Source: Dehalococcoidia bacterium
Lineage (GTDB): Bacteria > Chloroflexota > Dehalococcoidia > Lucifugimonadales > Australimonadaceae
Length of the DNA: 64,000 nucleotides
Reading direction: 5' to 3'
Assembly (NCBI GenBank): GCA_965116305.1
Contig: OZ220673.1
Location: 469,784 to 533,783, forward strand
The notes below the pieces were generated by a model. The model ran no database searches. It was given only the letters and a program-made list of their open reading frames with translations, and was not told the origin of the DNA. Below are positions 17,412 to 26,871 of this stretch, in pieces; position 1 is the first letter of the stretch; each line of letters begins with the position of its first letter. Made by a program: the position numbers and the translations under genes.

Positions 17412-18044
17412 CTAAGAGCGGCGTTGCCAGCCGGACAGCGCGCGCTGCATCTCCAGCGCATCTACCGCCATCTGGTTGCAGTTCGTCCGCTCGAGCTCGA
17501 AGTACTCGATGTTTCCGCAGTAGCCCTCCTGCGCCTCCAGCCAGTCGCGGAGAGCCCTGCTCCATACGTTCACTTCTTCGGAAGACGGCTGCCCCGCGAA
17601 GTCCGGTATCTCATACTGCAGCCGGTTCCTCTCGTTGAGGAGTTCCGCCAGCTTTACCGTGTGTGGCCTCGAGGGGTCGGCGAGGACGAGCGGCGGTGGA
17701 GCAGGCGTTGGGGTTGGGAAGGGGCCCACCCGCAAGGGGCGCGGAGTCGGCGTCGCTGTAGGGGTCGGCGTCGGGGTTGACGTGGCGGTCGCGGTGGCCG
17801 TGGGGGGAGGCTTCGGCGTGGGCGTCCCGGTCGGAGTGGGTGACGGGCGCGGGGTCGGAGCGGCCGCGGTTATCGTGGCCTCTATGTCCTCGCGTTCCTG
17901 CGCTGCTTCAGCGGTGGCTTGAGATGCAGCCATGGCTGCGGCTGCCGTCGCGTCGGCGTCGGGCTCGTTGCCCTGCGAGCACGCGGCAAGGGTCGCGAAG
18001 AGGAGTAGCAAGGGGAGGTATCTCATAGGCATCGGCTTGGCCAT
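17412..18044 (-). CDS. Lipoprotein with a Pro/Thr-rich linker, function unknown
   Basis: Signal peptide plus lipobox MRYLPLLLLFATLAAC|SQ. The linker is PTPRPSPTPTGTPTPKPPPTATATATSTPTPTPTATPTPRP, followed by a C-terminal globular part containing Cys residues. Confidence 0.7.
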   Translation of the reverse strand: MAKPMPMRYLPLLLLFATLAACSQGNEPDADATAAAAMAASQATAEAAQEREDIEATITAAAPTPRPSPTPTGTPTPKPPPTATATATSTPTPTPTATPTPRPLRVGPFPTPTPAPPPLVLADPSRPHTVKLAELLNERNRLQYEIPDFAGQPSSEEVNVWSRALRDWLEAQEGYCGNIEYFELERTNCNQMAVDALEMQRALSGWQRRS

Positions 18045-18068
18045 CTTATCTGTCCCACTTCGGCGTCG

Positions 18069-18866
18069 CTACAACTCCCCCGAGAGCCAGGTGAGGAACC
18101 GTCCTGTCGCCGCCGTATCCGCCAGCGCATAGTCCGCCGACGCCAGCAGCTCTGCAGGGGCGTCTGCTGTTGCGATCGCTGCGCACAGTCCGTGAATGGC
18201 CCCGGCGTCGCGCATCTCTCGGACGACCGCGAAGGCTTCCGCATCCGTGCGGTCATCCCCCAGCACGAGCGCCGACGCCAGCCCTTTGCGTCGTGTGAAC
18301 GAGCGCACCGCTTCGCCCTTGGAAAGCTCGACCGGTGGGCGCACCTCCACAACCATCTTCCCTTCGCGGATGCTCATCCCCTTGGCGTGTGCATCGAGGA
18401 AGTCGAGGATGTCTGACCGGACGGCATCAGGCTCAGCCGTATTCCGGTAGTGCACGGAGAGGCTTACTCCTTTGTCTTCGAGGAGGGCACCCGGGGTGGT
18501 GATGCCTCGTTCCACCGCCTTCGCGATCTCCTGCATGCGTTCCAGGTACGGCTCCGCAGCAGGTTCGATGCTCGCCGCTCCTTCCTCCCACCATTCGGCC
18601 CCGTGGTTGCCGGAATAGACCACTGTGTCGAGGCCAACCATCTCCTGTGCCTGTGCCACGCTCCGTCCCGTCAGCGCGACTACCGTGATCCGCTCCGCCA
18701 GCGTTTGCAGTGCGGTCCGTGTCGCAGCGGGCACCGTGGCGGCCGTGGGGTCAGGGACGATAGGGGAGAGGGTGCCGTCTATGTCGGTGAAGATGCAGGC
18801 AGGGCGGTGCGCCAGCAGCGCGAGCGCTTCATCCCGGTGCGCGAGCAGGTCCTGCAGGCCGATCAC
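18069..18866 (-). CDS. otsB: Trehalose-6-phosphate phosphatase (HAD family)
   Basis: IFTDIDGTLSPIV (HAD motif I), VALTGRS and VLGDDRTDEAF-type motifs. Confidence 0.85.
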   Translation of the reverse strand: MIGLQDLLAHRDEALALLAHRPACIFTDIDGTLSPIVPDPTAATVPAATRTALQTLAERITVVALTGRSVAQAQEMVGLDTVVYSGNHGAEWWEEGAASIEPAAEPYLERMQEIAKAVERGITTPGALLEDKGVSLSVHYRNTAEPDAVRSDILDFLDAHAKGMSIREGKMVVEVRPPVELSKGEAVRSFTRRKGLASALVLGDDRTDAEAFAVVREMRDAGAIHGLCAAIATADAPAELLASADYALADTAATGRFLTWLSGEL

Positions 18867-19996
18867 GAACCTGCCGATCCCTGAACCGCATCAGGTGGAG
18901 CAGAGGAGTCGAACACCACCTTCCGCACCGGGTAGTTGATCTCTATCCCTTCCTGCTTGAAGCGCGTGTGCAGCCGCTTGATGAGGTCGTTCGTCACGAT
19001 GAACGAACCTACCCGGTCCTTCGCCTGCAGGAAGACCCAGAAGTCTACGTTGGAGTCGCCGAACCGCTCGAACCCGAACCACGGCTCTTCCCTCTCTGCC
19101 TCGGGGTTGGCGGCGATGGTCTCGCGAGCGACCTCCAGTGCGACCTCGTTGACGCGCTGCAGGTCGCTGTCGTAGCTCACGCCGCACGTGACGAGGACGT
19201 TCATCCGCGGGTCGGGGCGGCTGTAGTTCACCATGATCGAGCTGGACAGGACGGAGTTGGGGATGATGACGTCGTTGTTCAGCCAGGTGCGTATCTTCGT
19301 GCTCCGCAGTCCCACCGATTGCACATACCCCGCAGGGCCGCCCTGCAGTTCGATGTAGTCCCCCTCCGTGAACACACCTTCCGAGAGGATGTTCGTTCCT
19401 GCGAAGAAGTTGCTGAGCGTCGGTTGCAATGCCAGCGCGACCGCCAGACCCGTGATGCCGAGACCGCCCAGCAGCGGGCTGATGCTGATGCCCAGCATGT
19501 CCAGGACGATGAGTCCTCCGATGGCGTAGACGGTCAGCGGGATCACGCGTCTCGCTACCGGGAGGATCCGGTCGTCCAGGTTGGTTTTGGTGGATATCGC
19601 GATCGTGAGGCTGTACCAGCTCGCAACGGCCAGGAAGACGTTGGACAGGGCGAAAGCGCCCACGATGACGAGGGCGGCTCCACCGATGGTCGTGATCTCG
19701 CCGTGCCAGGGTTCTGCGTCCGGCCAGAGGAGCAGGGAAACCATCGCTCCCAGGATGATGAGGAAGAGCGCTCCCGGTCTGGAGGTGGCGCGCATGATGG
19801 AGTGCGCCAGGCGGTAGGTACGTTCGCTGACGCCGGTTCCGCTCACGTCGGTTCCGCTGGCCCCGGTAAGGTACTTGCGGGTGATGAAGCGCGTGATGAA
19901 GAGAAAGGCGAACGCGACGACCATGGAGGCGACGAACACGCCGCCGACGATCAATCGTTGGGCCTGGAGGTCGGTTGTCAGTGGATCGAGAGGCAC
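18863..19996 (-). CDS. Small-conductance mechanosensitive channel (MscS family)
   Basis: 377-aa ORF with N-terminal TM helices, a pore helix region LGISISPLLGGLGITGLAVALALQPTLSNFFAG and a beta-domain. It overlaps otsB by 4 nt. Confidence 0.85.
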   Translation of the reverse strand: MPLDPLTTDLQAQRLIVGGVFVASMVVAFAFLFITRFITRKYLTGASGTDVSGTGVSERTYRLAHSIMRATSRPGALFLIILGAMVSLLLWPDAEPWHGEITTIGGAALVIVGAFALSNVFLAVASWYSLTIAISTKTNLDDRILPVARRVIPLTVYAIGGLIVLDMLGISISPLLGGLGITGLAVALALQPTLSNFFAGTNILSEGVFTEGDYIELQGGPAGYVQSVGLRSTKIRTWLNNDVIIPNSVLSSSIMVNYSRPDPRMNVLVTCGVSYDSDLQRVNEVALEVARETIAANPEAEREEPWFGFERFGDSNVDFWVFLQAKDRVGSFIVTNDLIKRLHTRFKQEGIEINYPVRKVVFDSSAPPDAVQGSAGS

Positions 19997-20190
19997 GTTT
20001 CACTCAGATGAGGATCTGCTTCTTAACGATACCCTTCCTGCCGCGCTACGTGCAGTCGCTAAGGCTCGCTCTTCCGGCAATCCGCAGGCGAGAAGCGGGC
20101 CTCAACGCCTTGCGGCGCGCCGCCGCCTATAGTAGCGTTACGAGGACGGTTCGATACGATACCGATGCTCCGCCGGAGGCCCAACCACCC

Positions 20191-20403
20191 ATGTCCGTAG
20201 CAAGCGCCGCGCCTCGCAACGCTCGCCTCGTCTACCTTTCGCTCATCGTCCTCGGACTGCTGGCCGCTATCGTGGCCGCAACCACCATAGGCGTTATCTC
20301 CTACAACTACCTGACCCGCGACGAACTCCGCAACCCGGTTCCCAAGGAGAGCGACTACGGCGGCGGTCACGCCTCGCTTCCGGCCGGGTTCACCTACCTG
20401 TAG
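20191..20403 (+). CDS. Small single-pass membrane protein (hypothetical)
   Basis: MSVASAAPRNARLVYLSLIVLGLLAAIVAATTIGVISYNYL... ATG 20191 lies 11 nt after GGAGG. Confidence 0.35.
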   Translation: MSVASAAPRNARLVYLSLIVLGLLAAIVAATTIGVISYNYLTRDELRNPVPKESDYGGGHASLPAGFTYL

Positions 20404-20436
20404 GACGGGGCGCACGCAGCGCCTATAATCCCCACC

Positions 20437-21204
20437 ATGACAGAGGGGCCCTTCAGACTGGACGGCATGGTTGCCGTCGTTACCGGCGGCAGCCAGGGCA
20501 TCGGCGGGGCCGTCAGCGCCGCGCTCGCGCAGGCGGGCGCCACCATTGCCGTCACGAACCTCCCGGCCAAGCGCCCGGATGTCGACGCCTTCGTGCGGGA
20601 GCTCGAGGCCGCAGGCGGCAAGGCGCGCGGCTACGACCTCGACGTGAGCATTGCCTCCTCCATCGCCCCGGTCTTCGACACCATCGCCGCAGACCTCGGC
20701 GGACTGCACATCCTCGTGAACAATGCGGGAGTGAGTTCCCGCATGAGCGCCCTGGACGTGTCCGAAGAGCACTGGGACGCGGTGCATGCCGTGAACGTGA
20801 AGGGCGTGTTCTTCGCGGCGCAGGCCGCGGCCCGGCATATGCTGGACGCGGGCTACGGACGCATCGTCAATGTCGCGTCGCAGCTGGTCGTCACCTCGGG
20901 CCCGAACCGTGCCGTATACGTCTCGGCCAAGGGAGGCGTGGTTGCGCTCACAAAGTCGCTGGCCTCGGAATGGGCGATGCAGGGCATCACCGTCAACGCT
21001 GTGGGACCCGGCCCCACCGACACGCCCATGACGCGAAACCCCGACTCCGCCCGCAGCGATGCCGACTTCCTGCGCCATTCGCCCATCGGCAGGCGACTGC
21101 AGCCGGAGGAGATCGCTGGCGCGGTGGTGTTCCTCGCGAGCAGGGAAGCAGGCGCCGTCAACGGTCATCACCTGCTGGTGGACGCGGGCTGGAGCGTCAG
21201 CTAG
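20437..21204 (+). CDS. Short-chain dehydrogenase/reductase (FabG-like)
   Basis: VAVVTGGSQGIGGAV, NNAG and YVSAKGGVVALTK (YxxxK). Confidence 0.88.
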   Translation: MTEGPFRLDGMVAVVTGGSQGIGGAVSAALAQAGATIAVTNLPAKRPDVDAFVRELEAAGGKARGYDLDVSIASSIAPVFDTIAADLGGLHILVNNAGVSSRMSALDVSEEHWDAVHAVNVKGVFFAAQAAARHMLDAGYGRIVNVASQLVVTSGPNRAVYVSAKGGVVALTKSLASEWAMQGITVNAVGPGPTDTPMTRNPDSARSDADFLRHSPIGRRLQPEEIAGAVVFLASREAGAVNGHHLLVDAGWSVS

Positions 21205-23299
21205 CCGCGTATACCGCCGTCGCCGGCCGGAACGCCGACCAGCACGACCAGAAACTGTTGACGTGCGGGAAGACGTCCAGGCGGTTGCCTGCGAGTGGCC
21301 CTCTCAGCGCCTCCCCGGTGATGCTCCAGGTCGAGCCGGTCTGCTCGTCCGTGAACACCCCGCGCTCTGACCGGAATGTGAGCGTCCGGTCCCCGCTTCG
21401 AGCGTCGAACGCTATGGCCGCCCCGACGTCCCGGCCCTGTGCGACGTCCGCGCTGCTGAGCGGGGACGAGGTGCCCCGTTGCCAGAACATCGCCACGGGT
21501 GCGCCATCGATCTGTACATTGACTACCCCGGAGAAGAAGAGCTCCGAGAATGGCACCGCGAGCGCGTCGTCGTCACTCACCAGTCCGAGCACTCGCGCTC
21601 GGAGCGGCAGCCTCTGGTCGATCTCGCCTGTGGATGGAGACGGCTGGGTGAAGTCGACGTTGAAATAAGGGTTGAACTCGTAGTCGAGATCGAAGCCCGA
21701 TGACCGGGAGAGGACGGTCCCGTCCGGGTAGGCGCGCTTGAAATCGCTCCAAGAGATGAGGGCGCCTTCCGCCGGCCGTAGTTGGAGCCCCGCGAACTCA
21801 CCTGCGATGGCCTTGCCCGTCGCCTGTTGCCACCACGACTCGGTAGCCTGGTCGAAGAGCACCCGGTTCTCGGAGCGGAGCGCACTGGCGGCGCCGAACT
21901 CCAGCGTGAGCGTTCCTGCGTTGCGCTCGAACACAGCCGCGCTGTTGCAGCGTGGACAGTACGTGACCAGCAGCGGCGAGCCGCCGAGCCAGTCGTTCAC
22001 TGCCTCGTGCTGGAGCAGGAGGCGTATCGGGTACGCCCGCGCCTCGTCTCCTGCGAATGCTGCCAGCACAGGTTCGTTGTCGCTGGTCCACGCGTCGGCC
22101 TGCTCGGTCGTCTCGTAGCGCGGTTCGGTGATAACGGGGATAGGCCCGCGCCCGCCGGCGACGACGACCGCGTCGCTCAGATCAGCCGCCACGCGTGAGA
22201 AGTCGGTGCGCCACGCGTCCGGTGAGATAGACGCCTCATTCAGCATGCGTGCCGTCTCTTCGGAAGTGAGGTCGCGTACCGGTGGTTCACCGCCATGTTC
22301 TGCCGTAGGCAGGCGCCACCATGCCAGAGCCTCGATGCGCTCGCCGGGTCGCGCCAGCGTCCACGCGAGCCGTGGCGAAGGGTCGCCCGCTGTAACGAGG
22401 AAGCGGCCCGTGATCAGCTGGCACGTGACGCCGGTGTGCTCCGTGCCGGGGCAGACGTCGGTGCTCACCGGGCCGGACTCGTGCAGGAACCAGCCGTCGA
22501 ACGATGCGGCGTGGAACCTGGGCGGCAGGCCGAGTTGCGACCCGTCCGCCGACTCTACGCGCACCTCTGCGTATGCGTGCTCGTAGCCATGTTGAGGGGG
22601 GGCAGGGCTGACGCCGCGCTCCGCCCTCGTGAGCGTAACGATGATTGCGCGTCCTTCAGGCGAGACGGCGCTCACCGGCGTTCCGGGCGGGTGGGGCCGC
22701 TCGAACGAACCGTCGTCTTCCACGTCGTAGCGCGCGACGACTGGCATGCTCTCATCACGGACCTCGCTGCCGCAGCCGGGTGCGACGCTTGCGGGGTCCA
22801 GCCACCATGCGCCGTCCGCCACCACCCAGCGGTCCTCGCGCACGAGCGGTGGGACGGCGTCGCGGCCAAGGGCCCGCGCGCGGCGCTGCACCGTGGCGTC
22901 TCCGCCCTCCATGTTCATGCCGGCGATATGCCACTCGACGGCGGGCAGACGGACGAACTGCGTGCGCCCTGCGTCCTCACGAGCGATAGCAGCCTCTATC
23001 GCCTCCCCGGCTTCGCGCTGCCCAGCTTCCGCATGAACGCTGAGTGACTCTATCGGACACGTTGACTCGCTACCCGGAAGCAGTGAGAGAGCGAGCCCTT
23101 CCCAGTCCTCCTCGGAGAGGTCCGCGTATGCGAACCCGGCGAACTCACGCAGCAGTTCGGCAGAGACGAGCGGCGACTCCTCGGACGGCACGATGGGGAG
23201 TCGTTCCGCTTGCGGTTCTTCCAGCGCCGCATCCAGCGTCGCGATGAGACCCAGCACGGCGGCGGCGAGGAGAGCGGATGCGAGCAGACGGCTCTTCAT
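21197..23299 (-). CDS. Secreted DUF3179-domain protein with a large N-terminal domain of unknown function
   Basis: The probable start is MKSRLLASALLAAAVLGLIA (signal-like) at 23299. The C-terminal part (ARAYPIRLLLQHEAVNDWLGGSPLLVTYCPRCNSAAVFER...ESWWQQATGKAIAGE) matches the DUF3179 pattern as I remember it. Confidence 0.7.
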   Translation of the reverse strand: MKSRLLASALLAAAVLGLIATLDAALEEPQAERLPIVPSEESPLVSAELLREFAGFAYADLSEEDWEGLALSLLPGSESTCPIESLSVHAEAGQREAGEAIEAAIAREDAGRTQFVRLPAVEWHIAGMNMEGGDATVQRRARALGRDAVPPLVREDRWVVADGAWWLDPASVAPGCGSEVRDESMPVVARYDVEDDGSFERPHPPGTPVSAVSPEGRAIIVTLTRAERGVSPAPPQHGYEHAYAEVRVESADGSQLGLPPRFHAASFDGWFLHESGPVSTDVCPGTEHTGVTCQLITGRFLVTAGDPSPRLAWTLARPGERIEALAWWRLPTAEHGGEPPVRDLTSEETARMLNEASISPDAWRTDFSRVAADLSDAVVVAGGRGPIPVITEPRYETTEQADAWTSDNEPVLAAFAGDEARAYPIRLLLQHEAVNDWLGGSPLLVTYCPRCNSAAVFERNAGTLTLEFGAASALRSENRVLFDQATESWWQQATGKAIAGEFAGLQLRPAEGALISWSDFKRAYPDGTVLSRSSGFDLDYEFNPYFNVDFTQPSPSTGEIDQRLPLRARVLGLVSDDDALAVPFSELFFSGVVNVQIDGAPVAMFWQRGTSSPLSSADVAQGRDVGAAIAFDARSGDRTLTFRSERGVFTDEQTGSTWSITGEALRGPLAGNRLDVFPHVNSFWSCWSAFRPATAVYAAS

Positions 23300-25137
23300 C
23301 AGCCGCTGTTGCGATGGCGTCGCAACTCCTCGACGAGCGCGGGCACGAACTCCTGCCAGTCTGCCATCACGCCTATGTCCGACTGGCCGCGGAAGAACGC
23401 TGCGCGGCGGTCGTTGTTGACCGCAAGCACCGTGCCAGCGCGCTGTATCCCCACCGCGTGGTTGAAGTCGCCTCTTACGCCTATTCCGACGTACAGCCGG
23501 GGAGCGATGGAGCGTCCCGTCAGCCCCACCTGGCGCTGCCGTGGCATCCACCCCGCTTCCACCACGTCCCGCGTGCAGATGAGGTCTGCGCCCAGCAACG
23601 CCCGCAGTTCATCGAGGTCCGCGATGCGCTCCGGCCCGCCGATGCCCATGCCGACGCAGACCACCGCGCGCGCCTTGTCCAGTGCGGCCGCGTCGTCGTC
23701 CGGCGCAGCGTGGAACGCCACTCGCGCCAGGCCGTCGCTCGGTATGGCGGCTGCCTCCATGGTTTCCACGGGAACGCTTCTGGTCGGGTTGGGCTGCAGG
23801 GCGCTGAACACGCCGGGCCGCACAGTCGCCATGTTGGGTAGCGTGCGCGAGTAGATGGGCGCGACGATGTTGCCACCGAACGCCGGTTTGAGCTGTGCCA
23901 GCCCCGAGTCGTCCACGTCCAGCCCGATGCAGTCGCCAGTGAGGCCGAGGTCCAGCCGGGCGGAGACGCGTGCCGCAAGGTCGCGGCCGTTCGGTGTCGA
24001 AGGCAGCAGCACGGCGAACGGCCGCCGCTCGGCGATGGCCTCCGCCAGCACCGCTGTGTATGCGGCCGTGGAGTACGCCGACAGTCCGGCGCCGGAAGCG
24101 ATCATCACCACGTCGGCGCCCGCGCGTCCCAGGGCTGCCGCGTGATCCGCAGCCTCTTCCCCGCCGATGACGAACGCGGCGACGAGGCCGCCCAGTGCGT
24201 CCGTGACCGGCTGCGCGGCTGCCAGCATCTCGAACGTAACAGGCCGCAGTCCGCTCTCATCTGCTTCCCCGACCACCCACAGCTCCGGCCCGCCGCCGGG
24301 GCGGGGAGTGTCGGCTGCTGTGTCCGAGGCGTCCGCTGCATCGGCGTCGGTGTCGAGCGCGCCTCGTTCAACGAGCGCCGCGACCGCCTCACGCGCCATC
24401 TCTGCCACGCTGCCTTCCTGGATAAGCCGGCCTTCGCGCGACGGTTCGATCTGCCGCACTTCCGCGACCCACGTAGGCGAGCCTGCTGCCCCGAACTGCG
24501 AAACGTCGTCGGAGAGCATCGTGGCGGTCAGCTCGGTTATCGCGCGCTCCTCGGCGGCGCGTACTGCATCGCGAGGGGCTTGCGCATCATGTGCGACACC
24601 CTCCATGACCGAGACGAGTAGAGGCAACGCTCCTTCTATAACCTCGGTGCCGTTCTCCAGCGCGCGCTCCGCGCGGACCGTGCCGTCTGCCGCAACCTCC
24701 AGGTGGCTGACCGCTGTGATCTGGGGGATGCCGAGCATCTCCGCGACCTCCGGCCCGACCTGTCCGGTCTCCGCGTCGACGCTGTTGTTGCCGAACAGGA
24801 CGAGGTCGTACTCCTCGCGGGAGAGTGCGAGCGCCAGCGCCCGGGAGGTTGCGAGCGTGTCGGCGCCTGCGAACGCGAAGTCGTTCAGGTGGAACGCATC
24901 GTCTCCCCCCATCGCCAGGCAGCGCACGAGACCCCGCCGCGCATCGGGTGGCCCCATCGTGTAGACCGCGACGCTGCTGCCCAGCGCCTGCTTCAACTCG
25001 ACAGCGCGGTTCACCGCGAGCACGTCGTAGGCGTTCAGTTCGCTCGGCACACCCTCCCGGACGAGGCGTTTCGTCTCCGGGTCGAGGCGTATGCGGGATA
25101 TCGCGGGCACCCACTTTACGCAGACGGCTATCCTCAC
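23299..25137 (-). CDS. Fused electron-transfer flavoprotein beta-alpha (EtfB-EtfA in one polypeptide)
   Basis: The N-terminal half is VRIAVCVKWVPA...NAYDVLAVNRAVELK...LVLFGNNSVDAETGQVGPEVAEMLGIPQ (EtfB). An acidic linker DTDADAADASDTAADTP follows. The C-terminal half is PNGRDLAARVSARLDLGLTGDC...PRLYVGIGVRGDFNHAVGIQ (EtfA). GTG 25137 follows AGGAGGA, and the ORF extends to 25173. Confidence 0.85.
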   Translation of the reverse strand: MRIAVCVKWVPAISRIRLDPETKRLVREGVPSELNAYDVLAVNRAVELKQALGSSVAVYTMGPPDARRGLVRCLAMGGDDAFHLNDFAFAGADTLATSRALALALSREEYDLVLFGNNSVDAETGQVGPEVAEMLGIPQITAVSHLEVAADGTVRAERALENGTEVIEGALPLLVSVMEGVAHDAQAPRDAVRAAEERAITELTATMLSDDVSQFGAAGSPTWVAEVRQIEPSREGRLIQEGSVAEMAREAVAALVERGALDTDADAADASDTAADTPRPGGGPELWVVGEADESGLRPVTFEMLAAAQPVTDALGGLVAAFVIGGEEAADHAAALGRAGADVVMIASGAGLSAYSTAAYTAVLAEAIAERRPFAVLLPSTPNGRDLAARVSARLDLGLTGDCIGLDVDDSGLAQLKPAFGGNIVAPIYSRTLPNMATVRPGVFSALQPNPTRSVPVETMEAAAIPSDGLARVAFHAAPDDDAAALDKARAVVCVGMGIGGPERIADLDELRALLGADLICTRDVVEAGWMPRQRQVGLTGRSIAPRLYVGIGVRGDFNHAVGIQRAGTVLAVNNDRRAAFFRGQSDIGVMADWQEFVPALVEELRRHRNSG

Positions 25138-25206
25138 GCTTCCTCCTGGCGGCACGGTGACCGAATGCCGCACAGTTTAGCGTTGCGCCGCGTCTGACGT
25201 ACGTTC

Positions 25207-26727
25207 CTATTCGGCCCCGCGCTGGCGGTACTGCACCGCCTCCGCGAGGTGCGGCATGCCGATGATGTCCTCGCCGCTGAGGTCCGCGATGGTGCGCGCG
25301 AGCTTGAGCGTGCGGTGGAACGCCCGTGCGGAGAAGTGCATGCGCTCCATCACGGCTCGCGCCAGCCCTTCGGCCTCGTCGTCCATGCGGCAGTATTGCC
25401 ACACGTCGGACGGCCCCATATCCGCGTTGCACTGTACGCACGACTCCCGGAACCGCGCCTGCTGGACCTGGCGCGCGTGACAGACGCGCTCCCGGATCCG
25501 TGCGGACGGCTCGCCTGTCACGTCGCCCGTGAGCTTCTCGTATTCCACCCGCGGAACGTCGATGAAGATATCCATCCTGTCGAGCAGCGGGCCGGATATG
25601 CGCTTCTGGTAGCGGCTGAGCAGTTGCGACGAGCAGGTGCAAGCCTTCCTCGGGTCGCCGTAGTTGCCGCAGAAGCACGGGTTCATGGCCCCCACCAGCA
25701 TGAAACTGGCTGGGTACGTGACAGAGCCGTTTGCCCGGCTGATGGTGACGACCTTATCCTCTATCGGTTGCCGCAACACCTCCAGGACGCTATGCCCGAA
25801 CTCCGGCAGTTCGTCGAGGAACAGCACGCCGCGGTGGCTCAGCGACACCTCACCCGGCTTGGGGATCCTGCCTCCGCCTACCAACCCCGCGTGCGAGATG
25901 GTGTGGTGCGGCGCGCGGAAGGGGCGCGTCGAGACCAGCGGGGTATCGTCGCGCAGCATCCCCGCGATGCTGTACACCTTCGTCGTTTCCAGTGCCTCGG
26001 TCGAGGTGAGCGGTGGCAGGATCGAGGCCATCGCTCGTGCGAGAAGCGTCTTGCCGCTGCCGGGTGGGCCGGTCATCAGGAGGTTATGCCCGCCCGCGGC
26101 GGCGATCTCGATCGCGCGCTTCGCCTGGTCCTGTCCGCGTATGTCCGCCATGTCGATGGCGTAGTCCTGAGGCGCGATGTGGGAGAGTTCCACGGTGGGC
26201 GTGTGCGTCAGGATCGGCGCGTCGCCCCTGATGTGCTCCACGAGTTCGCGGAGCGTACGCGCGCCGAGCACGTCCACTCCATCTACGAGAGAGGCCTCGT
26301 CCGCGTTCGTCTGGGGCACGACTGCCGTCCGCATCCCTCTATCTCGCGCCACGCCCACCATGGGGAGGATGCCGTCGGTGTGCCGCAGATTGCCCTCCAG
26401 CGACAGCTCTCCGATGAGGACCGTCTCGCCGAGCATGATGTCGATCTGCCCGCTGCTGGCGAGGATGCCCACCGCGATGGGCAGATCGTAGGACGGCCCT
26501 TCCTTGCGGATGTCCGCGGGTGCGAGGCTCACTGTGATGCGCCGCATGGGGAACTCGAAGCCGGAGTTGCGGATAGCTGCGCGCACGCGCTCGCGCGATT
26601 CCTGCACTGCGGCGTCCGGCAACCCCACCACGACGAAGTGCGGCAGGCCGGGCGCGACGTCCACCTCCACTTCGATGATCTGCCCGTCGAGTCCGGTCAA
26701 CGCACACGTGTTCACCTTGGTCAGCAT
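25207..26727 (-). CDS. comM: Mg-chelatase-like ATPase YifB/ComM
   Basis: 506-aa ORF. GLDGQIIEVEVDVAPGLPHFVVVGLPDAAVQESRERV, Walker A GPPGSGKTLLA and VLFLDELPEF. Confidence 0.92.
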   Translation of the reverse strand: MLTKVNTCALTGLDGQIIEVEVDVAPGLPHFVVVGLPDAAVQESRERVRAAIRNSGFEFPMRRITVSLAPADIRKEGPSYDLPIAVGILASSGQIDIMLGETVLIGELSLEGNLRHTDGILPMVGVARDRGMRTAVVPQTNADEASLVDGVDVLGARTLRELVEHIRGDAPILTHTPTVELSHIAPQDYAIDMADIRGQDQAKRAIEIAAAGGHNLLMTGPPGSGKTLLARAMASILPPLTSTEALETTKVYSIAGMLRDDTPLVSTRPFRAPHHTISHAGLVGGGRIPKPGEVSLSHRGVLFLDELPEFGHSVLEVLRQPIEDKVVTISRANGSVTYPASFMLVGAMNPCFCGNYGDPRKACTCSSQLLSRYQKRISGPLLDRMDIFIDVPRVEYEKLTGDVTGEPSARIRERVCHARQVQQARFRESCVQCNADMGPSDVWQYCRMDDEAEGLARAVMERMHFSARAFHRTLKLARTIADLSGEDIIGMPHLAEAVQYRQRGAE

Positions 26728-26871
26728 TTCCAGTCACCTCTCTGTGGACCGCCCGCGTTCACTGCTCGGGCGTGTCACAAGAGGTTAGGAAGCGGACCGT
26801 CGATCGCGAAAGGGGCGGATGTCACAATCCCGCGTTGGAGACTCATCAGCCGGTGCTGCGCCGGCGGCGCG

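Noticed and set aside
17635-17922. GVGVGV-rich 95-aa ORF and apparent tandem repetition at the DNA level.
   Set aside because: It is the antisense reading of the Pro/Thr linker of the lipoprotein gene (17412-18044). This is low-complexity coding sequence, not an independent repeat or gene.
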